Shown here: in pieces, positions 16,601 through 25,340 of the stretch
Layout: each line of letters starts with the position of its first letter
How positions within the stretch are numbered: position 1 is the first letter of the stretch
UHGV virus genome: UHGV-0384735
Strand: one strand, 5' to 3'
From: a virus
Length of the DNA: 42,060 nucleotides
Translations under genes and position numbers: made by a program
The notes under the pieces: model-generated
Seen by the model: the letters and a program-made list of their open reading frames with translations, nothing else
Told to the model about the DNA's origin: nothing
Database searches by the model: none

Positions 16601-17377
16601 TTAAGCTTTCTCCCACCTATCCAGCGTTTCCACATAGATGCCGGAGATTTTGCCGCCGTCCATGGGTTCTATGTCTCCGAAGTCGGGGTTGATGGGATGG
16701 AGGGTGTATTCCATTTTACCGGTTTCCGGGTTTTTCCTGCGGACCAGTTTTTTGAGCGTCACGCCGCGTTCATCATGGTATTGAACAATGGTTCCGGGTT
16801 TGGGGATGGGGGGGATAGTGTATTTTTTCATGATGACCACGGAGCCGTCCGGGATGGAGGGTTCCATAGAGTGACCGTTGACGCGCAGCAGGTATTCCCC
16901 TTTTTCCAGTTCACGGTATAGCCGGATGTCCTGCGGAATGGTGTCTCCATCCGCCAGGTTGCCGGCTGCAATGTTGCCGATGATTCGTCCCTGAGCCTCC
17001 AAAGGAGGGGTTGTGAATGTTTCTACCGGGGTAAACTGCTGGCTGGGAGCTTCTGCTTTCCTTTTCTGATGTGCCTTGGCTGTGACTTGAAGGATATGGG
17101 AAACCATATCCTCTATAGTTTTTTTTGCTTCATCCGCCATGGCGCGAAGTTGCTTTTCAAAGTCTGGCGGAAGCTCAAACTCAATTTCTTCCTCTCCTGA
17201 CATCAATTTTTCAATGAGGGCGAGTTTGGCGGGAGGAATGGGGCGGTTTGTTGTAATCCAATTATCAACAGTTCTCTTGCTAACCAGAGTTTTTTCAGCA
17301 AGCCACTCACGGTTTTTGCCGATGGTTTTTAACCAGTCTTTGATATCTTTTGCATTGAGCATGTACGCATTTTGCAC
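16601..17377 (-). CDS. cI: CI-like repressor: N-terminal XRE HTH plus C-terminal S24 (LexA-like) autopeptidase
   Basis: The HTH region is LNAKDIKDWLKTIGKNREWLAEKTLVSKRTVDNW. The S24 motifs are VNGHSMEP (Ser) and TLKKLVRRK (Lys). The tool start is a GTG at 17377; an in-frame ATG sits at 17362. The gene is divergent from a Cro-like gene. Confidence 0.85.
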   Translation of the reverse strand: MQNAYMLNAKDIKDWLKTIGKNREWLAEKTLVSKRTVDNWITTNRPIPPAKLALIEKLMSGEEEIEFELPPDFEKQLRAMADEAKKTIEDMVSHILQVTAKAHQKRKAEAPSQQFTPVETFTTPPLEAQGRIIGNIAAGNLADGDTIPQDIRLYRELEKGEYLLRVNGHSMEPSIPDGSVVIMKKYTIPPIPKPGTIVQYHDERGVTLKKLVRRKNPETGKMEYTLHPINPDFGDIEPMDGGKISGIYVETLDRWEKA

Positions 17378-17493
17378 AAAGCGTGCAGATTAGCAATAAA
17401 AAAATAATGCATGCAATCTCAAAAAGCGTGTTTTCGGGTTGACTAAGTCGCACATTTCGTGCTTTATTGAGTTATCAACAGCACGCAAGACGC
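17374..17493. promoter_or_regulatory. cI/cro divergent control region with GCAC-N5-GTGC operator palindromes
   Basis: gcacaaagcgtgc at 17374-17386 and gcacatttcgtgc at 17450-17462 are perfect GCAC-N5-GTGC palindromes. gcacgcaagacgc at 17481-17493 is imperfect. A TTGACT -35-like hexamer at 17439-17444 has operator 2 in its spacer. Confidence 0.55.
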
Positions 17494-17497
17494 GAAT

Positions 17498-17683
17498 ATG
17501 ATCATTGACCTGAAAAAAGAAACGCAAGAAGTGCGGGAGTGGTTCCGGGAGGCGCAGGCCGCTACAGGCTTGAGCGGCCGGGCTCTCGTTATCGGCGCCA
17601 TCATGGATTTCCGCCAGAAGGCAAAAGACCGTAGTCCACAACCTCGGAAAAAGAACTCCGAACCCAAGAAGCCGGCAGCATGA
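17498..17683 (+). CDS. Cro-like small regulator (61 aa)
   Basis: First gene divergent from cI, immediately after the operator cluster. ATG start at 17498. Confidence 0.45.
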   Translation: MIIDLKKETQEVREWFREAQAATGLSGRALVIGAIMDFRQKAKDRSPQPRKKNSEPKKPAA

Positions 17684-17946
17684 AGTACGGTCCCATCGAA
17701 GCAATCCTGGCTACTCCTGCAATGAAAGAAGAGTTGCAACAAAAAGGACGTATAGAAGTGCTCTGCTCCGAAGGGTTTCAAACACTTAGAGCAGGAAAAG
17801 CGCAAACTCCATTCTGGATGGATGGAATCTATGTGCGGGCTATTGCCTGTAATGAGCGAGCTACGGTAGTTCTACTGGAGGAGGAGTGTGTTTCCGTTCC
17901 TTCGGCTGGTAGCGATGTTGGAACAAAAAGTGTTCCCCAACAGTAG
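17680..17946 (+). CDS. Hypothetical early protein
   Basis: 88-aa ORF coupled to the cro-like gene (ATGA at 17680). Confidence 0.35.
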   Translation: MKYGPIEAILATPAMKEELQQKGRIEVLCSEGFQTLRAGKAQTPFWMDGIYVRAIACNERATVVLLEEECVSVPSAGSDVGTKSVPQQ

Positions 17947-18166
17947 ATTTAATTTCAATAGTTTCCAGATGGTTAACAATTTCATGGAACTGTTCATGCG
18001 AAATGTAGATCGGGTAGTCATGGTCGGTAGTGATGATGTAGCAACAGCCCACATATCCTTCAATTGCGATAATATGATCAATATTGACATAACAGAATAC
18101 TCCGGGTTTTCCATCGGAATACCTGCCACCATTAAGACCTTCCTGTAGTTTTATGAATTTAGGCAT
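17861..18166 (-). CDS. Hypothetical protein (AT-rich)
   Basis: 101-aa ORF (MPKFIKLQEGLNGG...) with an ATG start. It overlaps the 3' end of 17680..17946 by about 85 nt, so one of the two calls may be wrong. Confidence 0.3.
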   Translation of the reverse strand: MPKFIKLQEGLNGGRYSDGKPGVFCYVNIDHIIAIEGYVGCCYIITTDHDYPIYISHEQFHEIVNHLETIEIKSTVGEHFLFQHRYQPKERKHTPPPVELP

Positions 18167-18328
18167 AACAGAATAGTAGCCTCACAGCTTTTATCTTCAA
18201 GAATAATGAGCCGGAATGCGCATGAATTTAGGCAATACGAGCACATTCAAAGCCAAGGCGTTACATTGGCAGGCTCTCCATTTTTATTTAAGTAATAACA
18301 ATCAATATTAATCACTAACAAATAACCA

Positions 18329-18478
18329 ATGATGAACTGGACTGAATTTATTGTTGTGACGCTGCTTAACCTGGCAGGCTACCTGTCCGCGTTGATGCTT
18401 GGTATCAGCCTGGGAGAGAAACACATCATTCGCCAGGTGAACAGAACCCTGGATCAGATGAGAAAGGAGCGGGCATGA
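18329..18478 (+). CDS. Small membrane protein (49 aa, one TM)
   Basis: MMNWTEFIVVTLLNLAGYLSALMLGISLGEKHIIRQVNRTLDQMRKERA. Its stop overlaps the next ATG, which has an AAGGAG RBS. Confidence 0.35.
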   Translation: MMNWTEFIVVTLLNLAGYLSALMLGISLGEKHIIRQVNRTLDQMRKERA

Positions 18479-18642
18479 TTATCGAATACGACGACGAAGA
18501 CCGGTGCATCCGGGTGAATGGCGAATACGTCGCTATCCGGGAAGCGGAGGGCCTCAAGGACGAGCTGGAATTAGCGATTGACCAGTGGGAGGTGGATCAC
18601 GCCGAGCAGTGCGATAACCCCGACGGCCACTACGACGACTGA
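18475..18642 (+). CDS. Small acidic hypothetical protein (55 aa)
   Basis: MIIEYDDEDRCIRVNGEYVAIREAEGLKDELELAIDQWEVDHAEQCDNPDGHYDD, with an AAGGAG RBS 5 nt upstream. Confidence 0.35.
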   Translation: MIIEYDDEDRCIRVNGEYVAIREAEGLKDELELAIDQWEVDHAEQCDNPDGHYDD

Positions 18643-18738
18643 ATTATGGAAGAAGCCCTTATCGAAGAATTGAAGCTGCTCGGCTGGCACGAGCTTTAAC
18701 TAATCGCCCGTCCGGGCGGCCATTTTAATTAACCGAAC

Positions 18739-19158
18739 ATGAGCACGAATGAAAAAACGTTGAAGAGTCTGGCGGAGGCCCTGGAAACCATAGCCAGGGT
18801 GCTTAAGGAGGCTGCTTCTTCTCCTGTTCCTTCCTCCCCGGAGGCGGCGGGCGTGGGATTATTGCCTGATTCCGACGAGGCGCAGGCGATTGCCGCCTTC
18901 CGCGGTAAGGTAGTTGTCACTTTGGATGACGTAAGGTTCATGACGGGCTGGGGAAGAGAGCGCATTCTTGCCCTTGTCCAGGATGGCAGCATTCAGGCGT
19001 TGCCCGGAACAGGAAGCGCCGGATGCCCCTATGAGTTCCCTGCCCTGTCTGTATGGCGCTATATCCACCAGCAGGATTATACGCAGAAGCCTCAAGTGAA
19101 TGGAGTGGATATGAATATTCTTCCCCCGCGCAGAAGAAGAAAGGGGGCTGCGGCATGA
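18739..19158 (+). CDS. Hypothetical early protein (139 aa)
   Basis: ORF coupled to the next gene by an ATGA overlap. Confidence 0.4.
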   Translation: MSTNEKTLKSLAEALETIARVLKEAASSPVPSSPEAAGVGLLPDSDEAQAIAAFRGKVVVTLDDVRFMTGWGRERILALVQDGSIQALPGTGSAGCPYEFPALSVWRYIHQQDYTQKPQVNGVDMNILPPRRRRKGAAA

Positions 19159-19370
19159 ATACCTTTTTCAAGTTCTTGGGGGCCTGCTCCTTTGGTCTTT
19201 CCGCTGCGTGCCTGTTCTGGCTGGCGGTGGAGCTGGATAACGCCGAGCTGCAGGCCGGCAAGAGCCCGCATTCCGGGTTTTGCCCGGAGTCTCCCACACC
19301 CATGAAAGCTTTTGACGGTTTGGAAAAACCGTCCCGCTCCACGCGGATCGTGGAAAGCAATAACCAATAG
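19155..19370 (+). CDS. Small hydrophobic N-terminus protein (71 aa)
   Basis: MNTFFKFLGACSFGLSAACLFWLAV... ATG at 19155 overlapping the upstream stop. Confidence 0.35.
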   Translation: MNTFFKFLGACSFGLSAACLFWLAVELDNAELQAGKSPHSGFCPESPTPMKAFDGLEKPSRSTRIVESNNQ

Positions 19371-19378
19371 ATAGCATC

Positions 19379-19774
19379 ATGAGCGAAGTAACTAAACGAC
19401 AAGTGCCCGGAGATGTCTTTTTCGAAGGACTTTCCGAGATTAACGAAGGGGCTCTTTTGGAAGCCCTGGACACCAAGATGACCAGCCTTGTTTCCGCCGT
19501 GCTGGCAACCGGGAATAATGGATCCCTGACTCTTAAGCTGTCCGTGAAGCGCAAAGGCGGCGTGAATCAGGTGGTGATTGAGCCGAAGGTTACGGCCAGC
19601 ATCCCGGATCCGACGATTGCCCCGCGCATTATGTTTGCCGATACCTCCGGCGCCCTGCATACGGACGACCCCGCCCAGGGGAAACTGGACCTGGATGCTC
19701 CTGTGAAGGTGACATTCCCGGCTGCTGCCGATGTTGATGCCGGAGTCCCCGCCAAGGTAGCTAAGCGCGCCTAA
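19379..19774 (+). CDS. Hypothetical protein (131 aa)
   Basis: ORF with an ATG start, sitting in the early operon. Confidence 0.4.
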   Translation: MSEVTKRQVPGDVFFEGLSEINEGALLEALDTKMTSLVSAVLATGNNGSLTLKLSVKRKGGVNQVVIEPKVTASIPDPTIAPRIMFADTSGALHTDDPAQGKLDLDAPVKVTFPAAADVDAGVPAKVAKRA

Positions 19775-19821
19775 GTTCCCAACAACCACATAACAACATA
19801 AACATTATAGAATTAAATTAT

Positions 19822-20646
19822 ATGGATAACTTGAACGAAGAAACTCTGGCAGCCGTACGCGTGCAGGAAGTGGCGCATGGTCATGCCGCCGTCGTGCCGA
19901 ATGGATATACCCTTTATCATCTGGATTGCCTGGGCAATACGCCCCCTCGCAAGGCCGGCAGTGTTCAGCTGCTGGACCTGGAAACGCTGGCAGATTTCGT
20001 GAAGGCGGAAGATGCCGAAAATGGCGTCAAGAGCGTGATTTACGTGAGCGACAGAGAAGTATGCGCCGTGCTCAATTATTATTCCCCCGATGGTAATGGA
20101 TGGGGGGACCACCAAGCCACCATGCAGCTCAACAAGACGGTGGAGTGGGAGAATTGGACCAAATACGACGGACAGGGCATGAGCCAGAAGGATTTTGTAG
20201 AATTCCTCGAAGAGAACAGCAAGGACGTGATGAAGCCCACCCCGTCTGCAATGCTGACGCTGGCGAGCAAGTTCGACATGCACCGCAAGGTGGAGTTTAA
20301 GTCTGCCTACCGGGCATCCGACGGCGAAACGAAGCTGACTTACAACGAAACGGTGGATTCCAAGAGCGGCGAACTGAATGTGCCCACGGAGTTCACGATT
20401 GCGATTCCGGTTATCCGGGGGGCCGAAGGAGATACCACCTATGAAATCAAAGTTCGCCTTCGCGTCCGGTTGACTGATGGAAAACTGTTCTTCATCTATC
20501 AGCTTATCCGGGCAGATATTCCGGAACGCAATGCTATTAAGGATATTGCCGACAAGCTGGCAAAGGATCTGCCGGAGAACCGGATTCACCGCGGCGCCGT
20601 GTGCCTGTGTACGAAATCCTCCTTCACCGGAGAAATCGACCGATAG
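19822..20646 (+). CDS. DUF2303/YfdQ-like phage protein (274 aa)
   Basis: The size and its position upstream of RecT match YfdQ-family proteins of lambdoid prophages. This is recalled from memory, not a motif-level match. Confidence 0.4.
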   Translation: MDNLNEETLAAVRVQEVAHGHAAVVPNGYTLYHLDCLGNTPPRKAGSVQLLDLETLADFVKAEDAENGVKSVIYVSDREVCAVLNYYSPDGNGWGDHQATMQLNKTVEWENWTKYDGQGMSQKDFVEFLEENSKDVMKPTPSAMLTLASKFDMHRKVEFKSAYRASDGETKLTYNETVDSKSGELNVPTEFTIAIPVIRGAEGDTTYEIKVRLRVRLTDGKLFFIYQLIRADIPERNAIKDIADKLAKDLPENRIHRGAVCLCTKSSFTGEIDR

Positions 20647-20696
20647 TGAGTTGGCCGGGGCCAGCGCCAACTGGTCCCCGGCCTGTTATCAATAAC

Positions 20697-21596
20697 ATGA
20701 ATGTGAATACCAATAACATGAATACCCCTACAACAGAATCCCTGACTTTACAAGAGCAAGGACAGCAACTGTCCGTACTGGGAGCGTTTGCCAACAGTGA
20801 ACAGTTCCAGATGGCGAAGCAGGCCGCCGAGATGCTTGCATCTTCCAGCATGGTGCCGACCACCTACCAGAATAACCCCGGTTCTTGCTTCATCGCCCTG
20901 AATACAGCCCTGCGGCTGCGGATGGACCCTTTGATGATCATGCAGAATCTTTACGTGGTTCAGAACCGCCCGTCCTGGTCCGGACAGTTTGCCATTGCTC
21001 TTGTGAATATCTGCCCGAAGTTTTCGGCGACTTGGTTCGAGTACCGTAATGAAGAGGATTTTCAGAAGGGGGTGAGAATGTGTGCCCAGCTGAAAACGGG
21101 GCAGAATGTTTACGGAACCTGGATTACCCCGGAGATGGTGAAGGCCGAAGGATGGGGGAAGAAGTGGCAGACGATGCCAGAACAGATGTACAAGTACCGT
21201 GCTGCGGCTTTTTTCGCCCGGACGAATTGCCCGGAAGCGTTGCTGGGCTTGAGCGTGGAGGGGGAAGCGGAGGACATGGCCGGCAAGAGCCAGCCGGATA
21301 TTAAGCCGCCCCTGTTCAAGTCCAGGGAGATGCCCAAGGATGACGTTGTTGAAGCCGAGAAGGTTGCTGACCCCCCGCGGCAGCTGGGAGACGCGGAGGT
21401 TCCCGGCAAAGGCGACGTAGAAGTTCCCCCGCCCCATATCCGGCTGATGGAGGCTCTTTCCTGTACGGAAGAGCAACTGAACGCAGCCATTGCGAAGGCC
21501 AGCGGCAACAAGGTGAAGAGCTGGCATGAGATGAATGCTGCCCAGATGGAAAAGCTGGCGGCCAATCCTGACAAGCTGCAACCCTTTATCGGATAG
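20697..21596 (+). CDS. recT: RecT-family single-strand annealing protein
   Basis: SCFIALNTALRLRMDPLMIMQNLYVVQNRPSWSGQFAIALV... fits the RecT core. It sits upstream of a PD-(D/E)xK exonuclease. Start is the ATG at 20697; the tool ORF began at 20601. Confidence 0.7.
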   Translation: MNVNTNNMNTPTTESLTLQEQGQQLSVLGAFANSEQFQMAKQAAEMLASSSMVPTTYQNNPGSCFIALNTALRLRMDPLMIMQNLYVVQNRPSWSGQFAIALVNICPKFSATWFEYRNEEDFQKGVRMCAQLKTGQNVYGTWITPEMVKAEGWGKKWQTMPEQMYKYRAAAFFARTNCPEALLGLSVEGEAEDMAGKSQPDIKPPLFKSREMPKDDVVEAEKVADPPRQLGDAEVPGKGDVEVPPPHIRLMEALSCTEEQLNAAIAKASGNKVKSWHEMNAAQMEKLAANPDKLQPFIG

Positions 21597-21611
21597 GAAG
21601 GAGACGACAAC

Positions 21612-22829
21612 ATGACCGATACTGTTGAAGATGTACGTAAAGGGCTGCCCTCCGCGTCCGCGTTTGGACGGCTGGCTTTATGCCCCGGCTCGTTTACGAT
21701 GGAGAAGTCCTGTCCCGACGAGAGTTCCGAGGCTGCCGCAGAAGGCACGCTGTTGCACCGCTATATGGAGTATCTTCTTTTGAAGGATGATGCAGCCGAA
21801 GAAGGAATGGAGTTTTCCTGGCATGATTTTCTGAATAGCCGGGAGTATGAGTCTGCCGAGCTGAATCATGAGCAGGTGGAGCTTTGTGGACGTGCTCTGC
21901 GTCTGCTGAATGGTGTGAAAGAGAAGATCCTGGATTATCCCGATGCTTTTTTTTCTCTTGTATCCACCGAAGAACGCCGTTTCTTGTCCGACTGGATTGA
22001 AGGGGGCGAGTATTCCGGACAGTGGGACGCACTGTTCAGAGTTGGGTCGGATCTTCTGGTACTGGATTGGAAGTTTGGCCGCGTGGCTGTGGATTCCGCC
22101 GAGGCGAACCGTCAGCTTGAAGCCCTGGTTCCGCTGGCGGCTCAAAAAGCCAATGAAGAGGGGATTATTTACAATGGCATTTACGCGGCTATCATCCAGC
22201 CACGGGTGGCTGGTCCGGCATCTGTTACGTTTTACGATGACGAGGCGATTAGCCAGGCCGAACAGGATTCTCTTGCTGTCGCCAGGGCAGCTATGGACCC
22301 GGACGCCCCGCGCTATTGCAGCGAGGCCGCCTGCCGGTATTGCCGGGCCAAGGCGGTGTGCCATGAGGCCGCGTCCATGGTGGAACAGGCTTCCCTGATC
22401 GCTACGGACCGGGATAAGTGGGAGCTGTTTTCCCCTGCCGAGAAGGTTCAGGCTTACCGCCTGGCGAAGACGGCAAAGAAATGGGCGGCGGCTGTGGATT
22501 ACCGGTTTGAACAGGATGTGGCCGCCGGCCTGATTCCCGGTTTTGAGATGGCGCCCGGACGCACCAGTTTCACGGTGACGGATCCTTCCGGGGCGTTTTC
22601 CGCGCTGAATGCCGAGTTCCCGGACGAGGTGACGGCGGAAGCGTTTGCCGGGTGCTGCAAGGTCGGCATCACGGAATTGGACAGACTGTTTCACGCGGCC
22701 CGTAAAGCGGCGGATCCGAAGGCGACCACGAAGGCCAGCCGCGAACGGCTGCGGCAGTTGCTGGCGGAGTATGGCGAATCGAAAACCACGAAGGGATCCG
22801 TGAAGGAAGTGGAAGGAGGTGCGGCATGA
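21612..22829 (+). CDS. PD-(D/E)xK family exonuclease (RecE/Cas4-like) with a C-terminal Cys cluster
   Basis: LVLDWKFGR...QLEAL is a D..K..Q nuclease motif. CSEAACRYCRAKAVC is a Cas4/AddB-like Cys cluster. It is the partner of RecT. Confidence 0.6.
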   Translation: MTDTVEDVRKGLPSASAFGRLALCPGSFTMEKSCPDESSEAAAEGTLLHRYMEYLLLKDDAAEEGMEFSWHDFLNSREYESAELNHEQVELCGRALRLLNGVKEKILDYPDAFFSLVSTEERRFLSDWIEGGEYSGQWDALFRVGSDLLVLDWKFGRVAVDSAEANRQLEALVPLAAQKANEEGIIYNGIYAAIIQPRVAGPASVTFYDDEAISQAEQDSLAVARAAMDPDAPRYCSEAACRYCRAKAVCHEAASMVEQASLIATDRDKWELFSPAEKVQAYRLAKTAKKWAAAVDYRFEQDVAAGLIPGFEMAPGRTSFTVTDPSGAFSALNAEFPDEVTAEAFAGCCKVGITELDRLFHAARKAADPKATTKASRERLRQLLAEYGESKTTKGSVKEVEGGAA

Positions 22830-23218
22830 TGACCACGCTGACCATTACCTTGCCCCACACTCCCCGGTGTTTGTCTCCCAATGCCAAGGCCCCTCTCACG
22901 CAGAGGGGGGCCATTGTAGCCGGGTACAAAAAGACGGCTGCCAAGAGCCGCGCCCGGAATATAGCCTGGGGCAGGACTTGTGAAGCCCTGAATGGCCGGA
23001 GGATGCAACCGACGCATTACCGGGTGGTCTGGTTTTTCAAGGGGCCGAAGCCGGACGCGGATAATTGCCTGGCGCGCTGCAAGGCGTATCTGGATGGAGC
23101 TTGCAAGGCCCTGGGGATTGACGACCGGACGCTGGATTGCGCCGGGATTGAGCGGATTCACGACCTGGGACGCGCCGGACAAGTAGAAATCGTGTTTGAA
23201 AGGAGGGAGAGTGAATGA
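22826..23218 (+). CDS. rusA: RusA-family Holliday junction resolvase
   Basis: KGPKPDADNCLARCKAYLDGACKALGIDD matches the RusA D-x-DN...K...D catalytic signature. 130 aa. Confidence 0.7.
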   Translation: MMTTLTITLPHTPRCLSPNAKAPLTQRGAIVAGYKKTAAKSRARNIAWGRTCEALNGRRMQPTHYRVVWFFKGPKPDADNCLARCKAYLDGACKALGIDDRTLDCAGIERIHDLGRAGQVEIVFERRESE

Positions 23219-23990
23219 GCTACATCTTTTCGCGGGCGCTGGTGGAGGCATACTTGGCAGCGAGCTGCTCGGATTCCGCACCGTTTGCGCCGTCGAACTC
23301 GAACCCTGGTCCGCAAGCGTACTGCTCGCCCGGCAGAATGACGGACTACTCCCGCCTTTCCCGGTTTGGGATGACGTACGCACCTTTGACGGACGACCGT
23401 GGCGCGGCCTTGTTGACGTGGTTTCTGGAGGCTTCCCGTGCCAGGACATTTCAGCCGCAGGAAAAGGCGCCGGCATTGACGGCGCCCGCTCCGGCCTCTG
23501 GCGGGAAATGCACCGAATTATCAATGAAGTACGACCGGAATTCGCATTCCTGGAAAACTCACCTCTGCTTGTGGGAAGAGGACTTGCCAGAATCCTCGGT
23601 GACCTTGCCCGCATCGGGTATGATGCTGCATGGTGTGTGCTGGGAGCTGACGCCGTTGGATTACCCCATCGCCGCGCCAGATTATGGCTTCTTGCCCACG
23701 CCGCGGGCCTGCATAGGCACGCACGGCATAGCTTGGAGCCGCGCGGAACAAGGCAATCACAAATGCAACCTGGAAGATTACCTGGCATATCTCTATATCA
23801 GGAATGGAAGGAAGCGCGTCAGGGGGATGTGCGTGTCGGCGTCTTTCGTCGCCCTGATGATGGGGTGGCCCCAGAAGTGGACGAGCTTAAAGCCCTTGGC
23901 AACGGGCAAGTTCCTGCAGTGGCGGCAACTGCATTCCGGGTTTTACTCGAACGATTCACGAACTACAACCCCCAACTGACGCTTTTTTGA
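23211..23990 (+). CDS. Orphan DNA (cytosine-5)-methyltransferase with a very short TRD
   Basis: Motif I LFAGAGGG, motif IV GGFPCQDIS, motif VI FLENSP, motif VIII PHRRARLWLLA, motif X ALGNGQVP. The GTG start at 23211 follows an AGGAGG RBS; the tool start was a TTG at 23196. No restriction partner is present. Confidence 0.75.
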   Translation: MNELHLFAGAGGGILGSELLGFRTVCAVELEPWSASVLLARQNDGLLPPFPVWDDVRTFDGRPWRGLVDVVSGGFPCQDISAAGKGAGIDGARSGLWREMHRIINEVRPEFAFLENSPLLVGRGLARILGDLARIGYDAAWCVLGADAVGLPHRRARLWLLAHAAGLHRHARHSLEPRGTRQSQMQPGRLPGISLYQEWKEARQGDVRVGVFRRPDDGVAPEVDELKALGNGQVPAVAATAFRVLLERFTNYNPQLTLF

Positions 23991-23991
23991 T

Positions 23992-25035
23992 ATGGAATAC
24001 ATGAACATCCCAACAGCCTTGTTTTCCAGCCCTGAATTCATCGGAGCTGAACCAATCCAGCGCGCTACATGGATTGCCCTGTTGGCGTGGTGCTGCACCC
24101 AAGAGAACGGCGGAATCATTGAGGGGTGCCGCTCCTGGGGCATGCGCCGCTGGATGCAGACCTGCGGGGTGATGGACAAGGAAGTCATGAACGGCGGGGA
24201 ACTTTACCACTTCGACGGAGACAACCTTGTTGTTTTTGGCTACCCCGGAGGCGTACAAGAGCTTCTTGAGCGAAAGCGAGTTATTGCCCGCGAAAATGGC
24301 AAGCTCGGAGGGCGCCCCAAGAAAACCCATGTTGAAACCGACATGGAAACCGAAGAGAAACCTACGTTGGTTTCTGAATTAACCGACGTAGGAACCGAAA
24401 TAGGAACCAATGTAGGGGCCAACATCCAAAACCGGAAGAAAGAAAGAAAGGAAGAAAGGAATATAGGGGGAGAAACTACTACGGTGGACAGTACACCGGG
24501 GGAAGAAGCGCCCGCTGCTCCTGTGCTGCCTGCCCAGTCTTTCCCGAACCGGGAACGCCTGAACGACGTCCGAGGGATGCGCTGCGCCGACAATCACGCG
24601 GATCTGGGGGCTTCTCCTAGTGCCGCCAGGTTCATGGCTGCCTGTTTGGAAATCAACCCTTCATGGTCCCGGACAATGCCAACTGCCATTGAGCAGGCAG
24701 CCGCGCTTGAGGCGTACCGGTCTGCACAGGGCCGGGTAACGCCACGAGACATGGAGATGTTGAGGGATTATTACGCGTCAGGACTGACGGAGGACTGCAA
24801 GAAGAAAGCTTTTTGGCGCCCGGACAGCCGTAAGAAGTTTTGGGAGTGCTTCGGCGACGTTTTGACGCATGCCGATAGGTGGGCGAAGGAAACACGCTGG
24901 AAGCCGGCATCCGCTCGGAAGAAGCCAAAACCCGAAGAACCACGGCAGCCGGAAGGGCCTGTTGTGGATGTCGTGGACGCTGCGGCAGAAATTGCATCTC
25001 TACGGGAGGAAATGGGAATAGGAGGTGACGAATGA
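23992..25035 (+). CDS. Putative replication or replisome-organiser-like protein (function uncertain)
   Basis: 347 aa. N-terminal domain, then a low-complexity K/E/R-rich linker (NRKKERKEERNIGGETTT), then a C-terminal domain. It occupies the replication-gene position between the MTase and a wHTH regulator. Confidence 0.3.
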   Translation: MEYMNIPTALFSSPEFIGAEPIQRATWIALLAWCCTQENGGIIEGCRSWGMRRWMQTCGVMDKEVMNGGELYHFDGDNLVVFGYPGGVQELLERKRVIARENGKLGGRPKKTHVETDMETEEKPTLVSELTDVGTEIGTNVGANIQNRKKERKEERNIGGETTTVDSTPGEEAPAAPVLPAQSFPNRERLNDVRGMRCADNHADLGASPSAARFMAACLEINPSWSRTMPTAIEQAAALEAYRSAQGRVTPRDMEMLRDYYASGLTEDCKKKAFWRPDSRKKFWECFGDVLTHADRWAKETRWKPASARKKPKPEEPRQPEGPVVDVVDAAAEIASLREEMGIGGDE

Positions 25036-25340
25036 AGCAGTCAGAGTTAAAATTGATGTCTATCATGTCCGCAGCCTTTTCACGGCTGAAAATGTCTCCG
25101 GTTCAGATCGCTATTCTTTCCTGTATCGGTCTTAATCCCGGCATTCGGTTTGGAGAAATTGCCAACCGCGTTTCCGTGTCTTCCAGCCGTTTGTGCTTTC
25201 ATCTGAATACCCTTTGCGGTGCAGGAGACGTTTCTACCTCCCAATATGGAGGCAGATTCAAAAAAGGTTATTTCCTCACGGCACAAGGGCGTAAACGCTT
25301 GGAAGACGCTATCACACGAACGATGAAAGATCATGTCTAA
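25032..25340 (+). CDS. Small winged-helix/MarR-like transcriptional regulator. Possible late-gene regulator.
   Basis: 102 aa. SPVQIAILSCIGLNPGIRFGEIANRVSVSSSRLCFHLNTL resembles a wHTH. It is immediately upstream of TerS. Confidence 0.4.
   Translation: MKQSELKLMSIMSAAFSRLKMSPVQIAILSCIGLNPGIRFGEIANRVSVSSSRLCFHLNTLCGAGDVSTSQYGGRFKKGYFLTAQGRKRLEDAITRTMKDHV

Noticed and set aside
17390-17805. Minus-strand ORFs 17390-17704 and 17464-17805 overlapping the cro-like gene and the operators
   Set aside because: They overlap the regulatory region and the better-supported plus-strand early genes, with no start context. They are likely spurious.
21678-22694. 338-aa antisense ORF over the exonuclease gene. 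Similar cases are 20748-21581 and 21110-21748 over recT, 22691-23788 over rusA and the MTase, and 27185-28144 and 28505-29626 over the gp12-like gene.
   Set aside because: They are antisense to genes with clear homology and motif support and have Arg/Pro-rich low-complexity translations. They are GC-content artefacts.
23215-23979. 254-aa ORF (MSYIFSRAL...) overlapping the methyltransferase in another frame
   Set aside because: The other frame carries the full set of C5-MTase motifs (I, IV, VI, VIII, X). This one is a frame-shifted shadow with no motifs.
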